From Hemiscyllium ocellatum (Eukaryota), in assembly GCF_020745735.1 (NCBI RefSeq), contig NC_083420.1, positions 23,002,001 to 23,066,000 on the forward strand: a stretch of DNA of 64,000 bases, written 5' to 3'. Below, piece by piece: positions 12,701 through 26,142 of the stretch. The translations under genes and the position numbers were made by a program. A model generated the notes under the pieces. It was not told the origin of the DNA, did no database searches, and worked only from the letters and a program-made list of their open reading frames with translations. Numbering within the stretch: the stretch's first letter is position 1; every line of letters begins with the position of its first letter.

Positions 12701-15369
12701 TGCAAACCACAGCACCGTAACCCTCTGTAGTTTGACCAACAAGGGCCTGTCAAAGTAAGCCTTTTCGGCTGCCTTCAACCGTGCTTCAAGGAGACATTGC
12801 TGCTCACTCTTCTGCCGCTTCCCACTGGCAGAGTAGGAAATAACTAAACTCCGGCATAGGCTTTGGTAATTTCCCAAAGGACGGATGGGCTACTAACTGA
12901 GCCTGAGTTAATGTGTAGGAACACCCTAAATTTCTTGGAGAAGTACTCCACAAACATGTTATCCTTGAGGATAAACAGATCCATTCTCAGTGCCTCGGAC
13001 CCATCGTAACATCCTTAATCTTAACCAACAGGTACACTGGACTGTGACTGGAGGTGGTAATATTACCAATCGTACAAGATACCACCAAATCCAGTGTTGC
13101 CATGGGGGTCAGAAAAAAACGATCAATCCTGGTGTGACATCTGTGCAGATTGGAAAAAAAACGTAAAATTTCTGTCTGTCGGGTGGAGACACCTCCAGAT
13201 GTCCACCAACCCTAGTTCCACACAGATCTACTAATTGTTTAGTTTGTACAGAGGGTATCGAGGGAGCTTTGGGCAACCTGTCTACAGTGGAATCTATGAG
13301 ACAGTTAAAATCTCCCACTAAAATGATATGTCGGGACTCAAAACTGATCAGTTTAGACAATGCATCTACCAGAAATTGGAGAGGATGAGCGAGAGGGCAA
13401 TAAACAATTAAAACACCATGTTATTCCCCATTTATCAGGGCTTTGAGAATTACAAACCTCCTGTGTGTGTCTTTAACACACTCTATTAACTTAAATGGGA
13501 GATTCCTCCTAACCAATATAGCCCCTCACCTACTTCTGGTATTAAAAGATTAAAAGTAAACCCAATCAAAGCCATTCTGCTGTTGCTTCAAATGCTCCCT
13601 ATCATCCAAGTGTGTCTCCTGTAACAAAGCAATATCCACCTTCTCCTTTCTAAGACTCAAAAGTACGTTCTTCCTCTTAATTGGTGATTGACTCCCCTTG
13701 ATATTCCAGGTACACCATTTAATCAAGTGATTCGCTATAACCTTCTGCAGTTAAATTTAAATTCCAGAGAGGAGGAACTCAAACCACAAATCACTGAGCC
13801 TTAGTGTCACAAGATCCATCAAACATAAAAACTACATAAACTAAAACCACTACAGTTAACAAACCTAACTATCAAAGGTTATATACAACAAAAACCAAAA
13901 TGCAAACCAACATATAAAGACACCAACGGCGCTGAATAGGGGAACTCACTCCTTGCCTAAAAGGGGCAACTACCTATCCCAAAACCCAATTTCCCAACCC
14001 ACTGCCAAGAATGTGGCCTGGGCATTTAAATATCTGAACTGGGTATAAACTTCCCATAAGTAGGCATCTAGCCATCCCAACCATTTTCCCATCTCCTAGC
14101 TAGAACCGCAACACAAACCAAGCAGAAAAGAAAGAAATATACCATGGAATAGCAATGTGAATAAAGACTTTTTGTAATGAAAAGGGGGTAAATACCTCAC
14201 CCATCCTTGGGGATATCAACTTAAAAATTGAAAAGACACATCTCAACTGCCGTCAAACAAGTTTAAACCAGATTATTACCAATTTAAAAAAAAAGAAAAG
14301 AAAGCCCCAACCAGACTTCCTTTTTTTTGAGAAAAACAAAGACATATCCAAACAACACTACTATTTGTACATACTAAATTGTTCAGATTAGGTTAATTTG
14401 TCCACAAAGTCACTTGTCTTCTCCGATGTGTCAAAGAAATGTACAGATCCATCTAAGGTGAGCCGAAGCACCGCCTTTTACCCGAGTGTACTGGATCCCA
14501 AGCTCCCTCAGTCTTTTCTTGACACTGTCAGAGGATTTTCTTTTCTGGATTACCGCTGCTGAGGAGTCCGGAAGAACATGATCTTAGAGTCCTTATAAGT
14601 TAGGGCCTTCGGATCCTTCCCCTGGATTCTGGAAGCTTCCATGATTCTCTCATTATCTCTATAGTGATGAAACCGCACAAAGAGAGGACGAGGATGTGGA
14701 CCCAGACCTGACCTCTGCGCTGTGACCTGATGAACCCTCTCAATCTTCAAGCCTCGCATTCCACCCTCTGAGTTAAGGAACTTCAGCAACCAGACCTCAA
14801 TAAATCCGCTGACCGCTCACCTTCCTTACCCCCCAGCAGACCAACAATCTAAACATTTTTTCTCCTGCTCCTGTTCTCGAGATCATCCACTTGGTCACAC
14901 AAATTACGGACCTGTGTCTTCAAGGCCTGGATCCTATCCTTGAAGGAACTGGTATCAGCTTCCACCACTGTGACTCTGTGTTCATGCTCATCCATCCTTT
15001 TCTCCAGGTCTCCCAGCTGTTGTTCATGCTTCAGCAGCATAATAGACATCAAGGCCAGCTTCTTCTCTATCTACTTACCCAACACCTCGCAAGCTCCTTC
15101 ACCAGGGCCTGGTAAGTAATTGAGTCCGAGGGTTCTGCAGACTGGGCCACAGGCCCAGCCTCAGACGCTCCTCCTCCCTCCTTCAGCACCCTTGGATGGC
15201 GAAAACCCAGCTAAGTTGATTTTCAACAATTTCCTGGAACACCACAACCTTTCCAGAGTCCCAGAGTATTGCAATGGTCCAGGTTGGGTGGGTTAGAAGT
15301 TCAACTCGCTTGTGCTGCAGAACTCTGCAATGCGATCCTCCTAGATTGCCGCCATCTTGGATCCCCCAA
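9714..15369 (-). mobile_element. Full-length (about 5.65 kb) but inactivated L1-clade LINE with TSD
   Basis: 5' end GGGGGATCCAAGATGGCGGC (YY1 motif); ORF1 about 14390-15200 (QVDDLENRSRRKNV); ORF2 about 9960-13740 with EN (ILVGDFN), RT (SLDAEKAFDRVEW) and C-terminal CPKCR; AATAAA plus A-tail at about 9714-9731; TSD TA(T/C)GGGAATTTTT at 9701-9713 and 15370-15382. Confidence 0.92.
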
Positions 15370-16000
15370 TACGGGAATTTTTAAAGGTCAGAATTTATAG
15401 TTACAATGGTACAAAATTATTAATTCAACTTGTCCACTTTTTGCCATTGGTTAAGAACAGTTTGATTACAATTAATAATTATTTTCGTTAATGAAAATAA
15501 ACTTGTGTGTTTACTGATTTAAACTAAATAAGACAGACAGCCAGGTAGAATTGGACAATTTGGTGACTTAATCAAATTTTCACATTTGTGCAAATTCCAG
15601 GAACAGTAAGTCTTGATTTCCAGTCCATTAACTACTCCAGTGAATTATGACACCTGCTAATCTGACTAACCTTGTAGTTTCTCCACCAATTAGGAACAGG
15701 AGGAAGCCATTCATCCTGCATTCTGTCTATTAACCGAACAACAATCTACCTGTCTTAAATCTGTAACCCTTACAAAATCTCAATTGACTGCCAGTCTGAA
15801 GCAGCTTTTCTGAGGAAGCAGGAAGAGTTCCAGATTTTCACAAGTTTAATGCCTTTAATAAAACATTCCACCACCCCAAATTGTATTCCACAGTTCTTTA
15901 TTCCAACTGTAAAACCATCACTTAACAAGTTGTCCTGAGAATACACGATTAAACATTGAAATTTGAATGGGGGAATTACGATTTTAAGAGATGGGCTTAC

Positions 16001-16080
16001 CTTAAAATCATAAGAAGAGCCTCTCAGTTGTTCAGGGGAAGCATACAGACAAGTCCCCACTCCTGAAGTGTGCTTTAAAT
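16001..16080 (-). CDS. EIF2AK1: HRI exon 13 (activation segment)
   Basis: DLKHTSGVGTCLYASPEQLRGSSYDFK; ttccag acceptor, gtaagc donor; 80 nt, phase 1 to 0. Confidence 0.95.
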
Positions 16081-17526
16081 CTGGAAATTAATAGCAAGTA
16101 GGAAATGTCAAAAATGCCCTCGACATAAGAGTACAAGAAAAAAAACTCAGTACAATATAGCTCAATTTATTATTGTTCTCATCACATCACTTTGCTGGAT
16201 AAGTTTCCATCCACATCCATTCCCTTACTACTTTCCCTGATAAGGCTTAATTGTCAGATAGTTGCATTCCAAATTAACTTGTAGAGTTATTTTACTTGCA
16301 TCCAGCTGAACAGTAGTGAGGAAATTGAGATCGTGAAACAAGAAGATACAATTCCAAATTAGATGTTTTCCTTTTATTAGTTGAATTATTTTTTTCTTCC
16401 TTCAGCCATAACAATTCTGACCTGAGTAGGGTCATGAGATAAAGCCACACTGCAGAGATTTCAGCACAAACGTTGTCATTTCAATCCTGTTCAAACAGAA
16501 TGCTGAGTACTACACTCAGGAGTGATTTTAGATGAGGCAGATCTAAAAATTAGGCACTTCTGACTAGATCCCAACAACTTTTAGAATAGTAAAGAGGTCT
16601 AGACAGCACACCCTCAAAAGGTGCTGGAAATTGATTCAATAGTAACTTTCAAAGGGAGATTAGGCATTTATTTTAAAGAGAAATAGTGGGACAGATTGGA
16701 GAGTTCTCAAAGAGCTGGTGCAGAATAATGGGCTGAAAAATTGAAAGATTTGATGATTTTGTAAGATTCAGTTACCCTACTGATGTCCTGGCCAGTATTC
16801 CGCTCTCAATTATTACAACCAAAAACAAATTCTATGGTGAATCGTTCGCTTGCTCTTTGTGGAACATTAGTTTCTGCAGATTATTTGCTCTGTTTACCTA
16901 CAGGACAACAGTAATATCACTTCAAAAAAATTACTCATTAGTTGTGGGTGTGATAAGACACTGCATAAAAACAAATTCTCTCAAGGTTTTGAACAAAGGA
17001 AAATAAAAAGTCACCCTAGCACAGTACTGTGGAAGTGCTTCACATTCAGCACTGCTGTCTTTTGGATTACACATTAAAATCCTTCAGTCCTCTTAGGTGG
17101 ACCATGGCTTTATTCAAAGAAGAACAGGTAGTTCTGCCTGGTGTGCTGGCCGATGTCTATCTCCCAACTAACATTACAAATGCAAAATATCAGGGTCATT
17201 ATCACATTAGTGTTTGAGACAATTTGTTTTGTGTTGGTTCTGTATTTCCCATGTTATAATAATGACTGTGTTTCAAAAATACTTCACTGGCTGAAAACTG
17301 TTTCGGAATATCCTGAGTGAAAGGTGCCATATGAATGGAAATCTGTTTTTTAAAATTAGGACAAATCATGAAACTTCAAACCAAATATTGAACATTCACA
17401 ACCAAAACTTTGTATGACTAAGCTTTGACAGCAGTCACACAATGTTTTAAAGTGCTATAAGTATTCATGTAAGAGGAAGGGGAGAGACTTCACTGGAGTA
17501 GATGTGTCTTGACCTCCAATACTCAC

Positions 17527-17647
17527 CAGGTAGTTTGGTTGTTGCTGGAGATTGATCGGAAGCCTTGGTAATGATGTCACTGCAGGCCAAGCCGAAATCC
17601 CCAATCCGAACATGGTAGTCAGGTCCTTGGAGAAAAATATTCCTTGG
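17527..17647 (-). CDS. EIF2AK1: HRI exon 12 (DFG motif)
   Basis: [26 protein letters not shown]...; ttaaag acceptor, gtgagt donor; 121 nt. Confidence 0.95.
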
Positions 17648-18463
17648 CTTTAAGAGAACATAGTGTGAGGATAGTTTAATTATGCCATGTCTTAATCATG
17701 AACTAGGAAGACCGCATAGCATGTAGCATGATATTGCCGAACTTTACAGCACAGGTAGAAGGTTTTGCTAACTCTGAAGGAACTATTGGGATGACTTCCT
17801 CTGTGCTTTAAGAGTCTATTAAAAACTACTGTAACAAGCAGATCAGATGTTAGAAAGTGATCAAAATATACCAACCTATTTATTTGAAAAGCTCTTCTTA
17901 TGTTAGATGTCAGATTAATTAATGTCACTGAGTTGGTGGAGAGATGGCTGATATTTTTTTTAATTCACATGTGGGATGAGGGCATCATTGGCTGGGCCAG
18001 CATTTATTGCCCATCCCTAGTTGCCCTTGAGAAGGTGATGTTGAGCTGCCTTCTTGCACTGCTGCAGACCACATGCTCTAGGTAGAATCAATGCCTTGAC
18101 AATTCAGCCTACTTTGTTACTTGATGCAATCAGTTAAGTGGCAGTGGGTTAATCTGATTTTTCACCAAAAAAAAACTCAAGAATGTAACGTTACAATCCA
18201 AATTCCAAACAGAATGTAAAGATTGTGGTGTCACAATCAGTTACCATTGCAACCCCACACAAATCAAAATTTTGTGGTTCCAACTGCTCCCTCCTAACAG
18301 GAAACTTCTTACCACACATCAAAAGAAGTGAGTTGTGCATGACTCGCAATCTGACCATATGTAAATTATAACAAGCAATTTTCCCACAAATCAGTTCCTT
18401 GAAGAATGAGAGAGTAGGGAACGTTCTGATCCTGAAGTCACTTTGTTTAAAATCCTCTAAAAT

Positions 18464-18628
18464 ATGTGTGAATGCCGGGCCGAGTTTAATGATCTCCATG
18501 CCAAGCTTCATGATGCCATTATGAAAGGAGACCAAGAGAATATCAAAAGATTGCTGAAGGTCCATCCAATCAATGATCCCATTACCATCTGGAAAAACTG
18601 TACCTTATTCCCCACACTTCCAGCTCAG
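18464..18628 (+). CDS. ANKRD61: ANKRD61 coding exon 1
   Basis: MCECRAEFNDLHAKLHDAIMKGD..LLKVHPINDPITI resembles the mammalian ANKRD61 N-terminus (LHSKLYEAIM..HPVNQPITI as recalled); in-frame stop upstream of the ATG; CAG/gtaaat donor. Confidence 0.85.
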
Positions 18629-20527
18629 GTAAATTCAGTGATTCAATCAGACATTTCTTTACTTCAAGTGTACCAAAGGTTTTACATGAAATCTATAGCG
18701 ATTGACCATAAAATGACCTGACTGTTCTATTTAGTCTTCTTCATTATTTGAATTTGCATCCCATGTATACCTGGCAATAAAAATCCTTAGAATGTAGGAT
18801 GAAACATGGGACCCTCCCACATTTCACATAAAAACATTGTCGGAAAAAACAAGTCTGCACTTGATAACAATAGAGGAGGAGCAATCATAGTATCATCCAC
18901 CAATACACCATAGGAGGATATCTGGCCCATCAAGCTTGTGTCAGTACTTTCAGAAGAACAATGCTGTTAGTCCCATGCTCTATTCTTTCTCCATTTCTCA
19001 GTACTTATTTTCTCCTACAACTATTAATCCAATTCCCTTTAGAGAGCTCTTATTGAATGTTCACACCACCATGCCAGGAAGTCCAATCCAAATCCGAACC
19101 CCTCATTCCTTAAAAATAATTTTATCATGTTACAATGATTCTTTTGCCAATCACTTTAGAAGTGAAGTGTAGAGTTTTCAGGATGATACCTGGATGTTAA
19201 CATTAAAGTATCAGGAAAAGTTGTACTCTCTGGGGTTTATTAGACAAAGGAGGAATTGTCAAAAGTTTCAAGATATTTAGGGGAACAGTTAGAGTCGAAA
19301 GAAACTACTTCTTCTACTGTATCTAGAACTAAGGGATTATGATCTAAAAATTAGAAACAGATCTTTTGAAAGCGAAATTAGGAAAAGTCTCTACACACAA
19401 AGCAACAGAAGTTGGTTACTTTCTTCTGCAAACAGCAATTGATGTTAGATTCACTGTAAATTTAACATTGACATAGATATTTTTTCTCTTATTCAAAAGT
19501 ATTGAGGAAATAAGACAGGTATATGGATTTAGGCCATAGATCACACTAAATGGCAAAACAGATTTGAGGGGCTAAATGGCCTAATCCTGTTTCAAAAAAA
19601 CTTACCAATGTTTAATTACCTCCCTTTGAAATGACCAAGCTGAGGCCTCGAGCTCAAAAATACAGTCAAGGACAAGAGTGACTGGGCAACCTTAAATCTC
19701 AAACCTATTATATAATTCTCCTGGTGACAGAGATGACTTTGGTTGATGGTGCATTATCAAACAGAAAGTCACAAGATGCTAAGGTTTTTGCGATATGCTT
19801 AACAATCTGCATATATCCTGGACAATAACATCTTCACAAAGTCTCTGAACTGCTTTTGGTATCTTGGTGATGATGTCTACAATGTAAAGTTGTTGCCTTC
19901 AGGATATATCTTATTTAACTTATATGAAAGATGTTCAGTCCTAGTTTGATGCATCAAACGGTCAAAAATCCAGGATGCCGCCATAACTTTTCCATTGATT
20001 TGCTAACTCCAGAAAGTTAAGGTCAGCTCTTACAGAGGTGTGGCTCAAACTGAAAGGTTCCTTTAAAAAGGAGAATGCAGCATTGTCAGAGTACTTTGCC
20101 TACTCCAAAGAGTAAAGCTATGAAGTTTCACACTTTAAATGTGATAAAAGGGAAAGGGAAGAGAATTATACAGAAATAGTCAACCAAAGTTCCTACTTTT
20201 GCTCATGCCCCCTGCTGGTAAGTTCACATATACAGATGGAATCAAATTCCATCCTGCTTTCACTTTCACAGATATATAGCTAATTGATGTGACTATTATG
20301 GTCTGAATCTCATTACAGGATTGACCTCGCACAATAATTCATTCTCCAGCATGAGTCTAAGATTTCAAGGCAAATGATGTTGTAAAATGGATATATTAGG
20401 CATTATATTTTCTGTGTAACATCGAATAAAATAATTGACTTCAAGGAAATGGAATTATTTTAATATAACTTCTGAGAAATATATTTCAAAACAGATAAGA
20501 CCTGTAATATATTTTTATCATCCTAAG

Positions 20528-20622
20528 GGGTTGGCTATCCTTCCAATCCACTTGGCTGCAACATACAGAAAGGCAAAGAGTTTACAATGCTTACTTCAAT
20601 TAAAGGCTGATGTAGAAAAGAG
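20528..20622 (+). CDS. ANKRD61: ANKRD61 coding exon 2
   Basis: GLAILPIHLAATYRKAKSLQCLLQLKADVEKR ankyrin repeat; cctaag acceptor, AG/gtaagt donor; 95 nt, phase 0 to 2. Confidence 0.9.
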
Positions 20623-20959
20623 GTAAGTGATGCAGGTTAAATGTTTCTATTGGTTCTGATAGTTCTCAAGTAGTTTGTGAGAGCTCTTTAAATGGGATAG
20701 GATAGGACAAGGGGCCTGGGAGGAACAGAATTGATGTATACCGAATCTGAACCACGACTTGCCATGATAGTAAAACAAGGAATATGCATTTACACAGGAC
20801 TTTTGATCACCTCTCAGGGAAGCCTAAAGTGCTTTACAGCCAATTACAGTTTTGTTTCAAATGTTGCAATATACAAACTGTAGCAGTCAATTTGAATCCA
20901 GACTGAGTGTGGCATCAATTAATCCTAGCAAACTTTAAAGTCAGTGGGAATCGGCGGGG

Positions 20960-21990
20960 GGAGGAGGAGAAGGAGAATCTCTGCTGTTTGGAATCATACT
21001 TAGCCTAAAGGATGATGTTTGTGGCTGTTAGATCAATCATCTCAGCTCCAGGAAGTCACTGAAAGCATTCATCAGGGTAGTTTTCCAGCCCCAAACATCT
21101 TTTAAATGAATTATCTTCCTACTAACACAAATATTCACTGATGATTGTATAATGTTAGCACTAATCCATGTCCATATGCAGGAACACCTGGACAATATCC
21201 AGACTTGAAAAATGACAAGTAGCATTCACATCATGCAAAAGATATCTCCAAACTAAGAGAATCTAACCATTGCCCCTTAACATTCAATGGTATTACTATC
21301 TCCAAATCCTGAACCATCGATATCATGGGGTTTAGCATAAGTGAACTGAACTAGCCATATAAATACTGTAGCTACAAGAGCAGGTCAGAGGCTGGAATGC
21401 TTACAGCGAGTAACACACATACTGACAGCATTTCCTCCAAGCTGCATGGCTGTACAAGCACTCCAACATTCTGCGTACAGGGAATTGCTGTTCCAATGTG
21501 GATCGCAACATTGACTTTTGGAAGTTGCTGCCACACACTGACCTCAGAGGCCCATGTAGCTGGAAAGAAAATTAGTAGGAAAATTAAGTGAGAATGCTCC
21601 TGACTTCTCAAGGTCTCTCCACCAAAAGACACAAGACAGGAGTGTGATTGAATATTCCCCATATGCCCAGATTAGTATATCTCCAAATTCCCTCAATAAA
21701 GCTTGTTATCATCCAGGACAAAGTGCAAACTCCAAAAACATTCGCTATCCTCCACCAACTACAAGATGCACTGTAGACGTTCAGCAAGGTTCCTTAGCCA
21801 GCATCTTCCAAACCCACAATCGCTACCAACTAGAAAGACCAGGGCAGCAGATAGATGGGAACACCACCATCTGCAAGTTCCCCTCCAAGTCACCCACCAT
21901 CCTGTCTTGGAAATAGTTCACCAATGTTTTCCTGTCACTGGGTCAAAATGAATTGCAGGATGGTGGGTGTACCTATAACAAATGGACTGC
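20960..21990 (+). mobile_element. Decayed CR1/L2-superclade LINE 3' fragment, same family as 52930-54115
   Basis: Collinear similarity to 52930-54115 (catctcagctccagga, gacaatatccag, gggaacaccac, ggactgcagtggttca). Confidence 0.65.
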
Positions 21991-23016
21991 AGTGGTTCAG
22001 GAAAACAGCTCACTAGTTCACAAGTCGGCACAACATCGAGGGCCGAAGGGCCTGTTCTGCGCTGTATTGTTCTGTGTTCTATCACCTTCTCAAGAGCAAT
22101 AAATCCTGGCCCTGAATGAAGCATACGAAAGTCAATTCCCACAAACACCAATAACCAGATTATCAATATTTTCTTTTTAGTGATGTCCGAATCACAGGTA
22201 CTAGGCAGAACTCCAAAATAGACCCTGAGAGGATCTCTTTGGCCCACCTAAACGGGTAGAAGAGGTCTTAATGAGCCATCCAAAAGGTGACACCTCTGAC
22301 TGTGGCACACCCTGATGCAGTAGAGCATCAACCAAGATGCTGTGCTCATATTTTTGCTTGGGATTAACCTTAACCCAACCATTCATAGAAATTGTGAAAC
22401 TAAACAGCCTTGCAAATCTGATGAGAGATCCTGTCTCTACAGTACCATCCTTTCAGACCTTCACCTAAAATACAAGAGTGCTACCCCTCACTGACATCAA
22501 ATTACTGTTGCAAGTTACTATCCAGAATTAGACATTTTTACCACCTCCTTGACCTCTTAAACTGAACAATACCAGAGTGACAAATCATACTACAGACACA
22601 AAATGTATGGGATTCCTTGAGAGATATGACAAATCATTTGCCTATTCAAAAAGAAAAATATTCCAGAGTAGCATTGGTTTTCTATGAAGAACTAATTAAC
22701 TGAGGCCCTGACTGCCCTCTCAAGTGGATCTTATGGCTGTGACTTCAACTAAGTAAGAGAGTTCTCTCTCTCTTTGGCCTAACATTTATTCCTCAATCAA
22801 TAACTCCCAAGAATAAATGATCTGATCACTATCAAGTTATCGATGGTGGGAGATGCTAGTTTATTTCCTGTGTTCCAACAGGGACTAAAATTCAAAAATG
22901 GTCAGTTGGCTGCCATGTGCTTTGTGACATGCTGCAGTGTGAGAAGCATTTTACAGAAACATTAACCTCCTCTCGTAGAAATTCTCATGGGTTTCTCTTC
23001 TCTCTCTTTGCCCTAG

Positions 23017-24043
23017 GGATGCCTTGGGCCGAACAGCATTGCATCTGATCATTGTCCACTGGCCCAACATAATCCAAGACTGGATCGTACCAAAGAGCAA
23101 GTTTGAGAAAGCTATGGCGGGCATGCAGAGCCGGGCTGAGCAGTGCCTCCAGCTGCTGTGCCAACACGGGGCACAGATCAATGTGGCCACCCAAACCAGG
23201 AGTCGGGACACAGCAATGCATCTAGCTGTGCGCCACGGGGCCTGGCGGGCAGTGCCCATCCTGGCACGGTATGGTGCCAACCTAGAGACAGCTAACCATC
23301 ATGGCATGACCCCAATGCACATGGCCAGCGGGCTGTTGGACCGGCGCATGGTGGAGGAGCTGCTGGGCCGGGGGGCACGAGTGAACAGCGAGGTGGTGGG
23401 CAGTGGCAGCACTCCACTTCAGTTGGCCGTCTGCGCTGCCTCAGGCAAAGGGGCGCAGCAGCTCGGGGCTGGCCTGGACTGCGTGCAGGTCCTTCTGGCA
23501 GCAGGTGCCAGCGTGGACACCCAAGATCAGCAGGGGAGGGCAGCGGTGCACGAGGCATGCTTTGGGGGACGACAGGAGCTCATCGACCTGTTGCTGGAGC
23601 ATGACGCTGACCTGGGCCTGCGCACCAAGCTGGGTGAGTCACCTCTCTCCCTCTTCCTGGAGCGCAGGCCCAACCTCCGGTGCAGCCATCTGCTGGCAAA
23701 ACTGCTCAGCCTCTCCTGTCCTCTGCGGATTGCCGGCGGGCAGGGGGGCCAACTGCCCAGTGGACTGCTGTGCCCAGAATTCCGCCAGCACCGGGAGTTC
23801 CTATTGACCCTGAGCCAGGAGCCACCATCTCTTCAGGATCTCTGCCGGGTGGCAGTCAGGAAGGTCTACGGCCACCGGCAAAGGCAGCATCTCAAAGAGA
23901 TCTTGCCCACCTCAGTGTGGCAGTATGTGTATGGTTACAGGGACTATGCCAGGAGGTTGGCAGAGATAGAGGTCAAGCCAATAGAACATCTCAACTGTGG
24001 GGAATCAAGGGAATCTGGCCAACAGCCTGCTCCACTGCACTGA
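23017..24043 (+). CDS. ANKRD61: ANKRD61 coding exon 3 (ankyrin repeats + SOCS-box-like tail)
   Basis: Polypyrimidine tract plus ctag acceptor; RTALHL, TAMHLAV, MTPMHMA, STPLQLAVCAASGK, AVHEACFGGR, GESPL; spliced CDS 1287 nt = 428 aa + TGA. Confidence 0.93.
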
Positions 24044-24171
24044 GTGGACACTGATGTTCCCAACATTCTTTAATTTATATTTCATGTACCTGATAGGAAT
24101 TGGTGCTGGAGCCTTAGCATCATTTAATGTCACTCAGCGACAGACGATAACACTCACAATGGAACAGTCAG

Positions 24172-24182
24172 AATAAAATAAA
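24172..24182 (+). promoter_or_regulatory. Candidate ANKRD61 polyadenylation signal (alternative at 25315-25320)
   Basis: Overlapping AATAAAATAAA about 130 nt after the stop codon. Confidence 0.5.
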
Positions 24183-25899
24183 GCAGTTTTGATAAGATTT
24201 CTCCATTTATGAAGTGTTTACACCATAGAGCAGATCGTTCATCCCACCTGCTAGATCAATTTTTACGCTCCACAGGAGTCTCCTCCTATCCCTTTCCATC
24301 TCAGCCTTTCAGCATATCCTATTTTCTTTTCAGCTTCATATATTTATTCAGCTTCTAGTTAAATATTCACTTCAAATTATTCACCTCAATCACAGTTTGT
24401 GGTAGCAAGCTTCACATTCTCTCCTCTCTCGATTGAATGTATTAGTAATGATCTCATGTTTGTGACCCTTAGTCCTGCATAACACCATGCCCCGTGCCCC
24501 CTGTCCCCCCTGCCCCTTAGAAGAGGAAGCACCCCTTTACATCTTCCCTTCAAATTCTTTCATAATCTTAAATTCTATTGGATGACCTTCTAGGACAAAA
24601 AAAAACAATTCCAGCCTATTTAATCTTTACAGCTACGTATGACCTTTCAATTCTGGTTTCAGTTTTGGCAATCCAAATTTCTCCAGTGTCTCTGTATTTT
24701 TTCTATATTATGAATGATTACTTACAGTACTGAAGACAGCGAGTGGTCTTCTATACATGAAGCAAAACTTTTCTGCTTTTCAATTCTCTCTCTCTCTCTA
24801 CCCATTTCATTTTTATGGTCTTGTTAACTTCTTGTCCTCAGTTCATAACAAAGGTGTCATTTGTAAATTTTAAAATTTTACTTTTGATTCCACAGTGCAA
24901 ATCATTTACATAAATGGTGAATAACAGTGTACCCAGCATCAATCCTTATGATCATCACTCCACACATTTTAGCAGTTTGAGGAACTACCTTTCATCCCTA
25001 CTCTATTTCTTATTTTGTAATTAGTTTGCTACTTTTGCCATTTCCCCATACTCTGACTTGGCTCACAACTCTACTTTGTGGAACCTTACCAAAGCTAAAT
25101 ACATGTAAGTTATTTGATATGCCAATCTCCTTATTTAATGGGATTTTGTAGTTTTGCTCTCATGAAACAAATTCAGATCTGACACAGATGATATTGATAT
25201 GCCTTTTGTTCACATTTTGTATTTGATGAAGATTTCAAGATATTGTGAACCAAATCTGAATATTTTCCCAAACAGGCCACTGTTCAAGTGAAACACACTG
25301 TTCATATTTTAAAAAATAAAACTTCTTTTATCTAACTGTGTTTCTTAATTTCATGATAAAGAGAGAGGTACTGTGGGCTGTTCTAGATACAAATACTGAG
25401 GAACAAAACATTTACACTATTACGTGAGATTTCTAACTGCATAATTACAGTATTTGTGTGAAATTTCAGACAGGCAGTCACCTCTCTCATCTAGTTAGAC
25501 TGCAAGAACGCAAATATTCTCCTTAGAGCGAGGAGGACATGGGTACAGATTTGATAAGAGGTGTTCAAAATTATGAGGGAGTTTTGAAACAATAAACAAA
25601 CTTTTTCCATTGGTAGAAGGTTCTATTAGCAGAAGTTACAGATTTGGGATAATGACAAAAGAATCGGGGAAGTTGAACAGTAAACTTTTCAAATGGTTAT
25701 GATCTGCAATGAAAGAGTGGTGGAAGCAGCTTCAATAGCAATCTTCAAAAGTCAATTGTTTAACACTTGAAAAGGAAAGATCTGCAGATCTTTTAAGAAT
25801 GGAACTAATCAAGAGGATTGTTCTTTAAAGTGTCAGCATTTTAAGATGAGCGAAATGGCTTCCTTCAATGCTTGCATGAGCAATACCATACTTACTCAC

Positions 25900-26006
25900 C
25901 TTCAGGTCTCGATGCATGACACCCTTGGAGTGGATGAATTGGACTCCCTTAAGCAGCTGCCAGAATATGTGAATAGTGCATTCAGGATTCACAAGGTCAA
26001 ATGGAC
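25900..26006 (-). CDS. EIF2AK1: HRI exon 11 (catalytic loop)
   Basis: GPFDLVNPECTIHIFWQLLKGVQFIHSKGVMHRDLK; actcag acceptor, gtgagt donor; 107 nt. Confidence 0.95.
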
Positions 26007-26142
26007 CTGAGTTATATCAAAAAGGTAAAAAGTAAGATTTTACAATTTCTTTTAACTCCGTTGAAATTAAATTTTATTTAATATGAAATATTAGGAATAG
26101 AACCAAGCAAATTAATACATGTCAAAGAATTAAACAACTCAC

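Noticed and set aside
1-16000. EIF2AK1 exons 14-15 (SDMYSLG.. onward)
   Set aside because: I could not find them; the interval is mostly L1/PLE/CR1, so they presumably lie left of the window
18191-18565. 124-aa minus-strand ORF as an additional HRI exon
   Set aside because: Exons 11 and 12 join directly (HRDLK-PRNIF); the ORF is antisense to ANKRD61 exon 1
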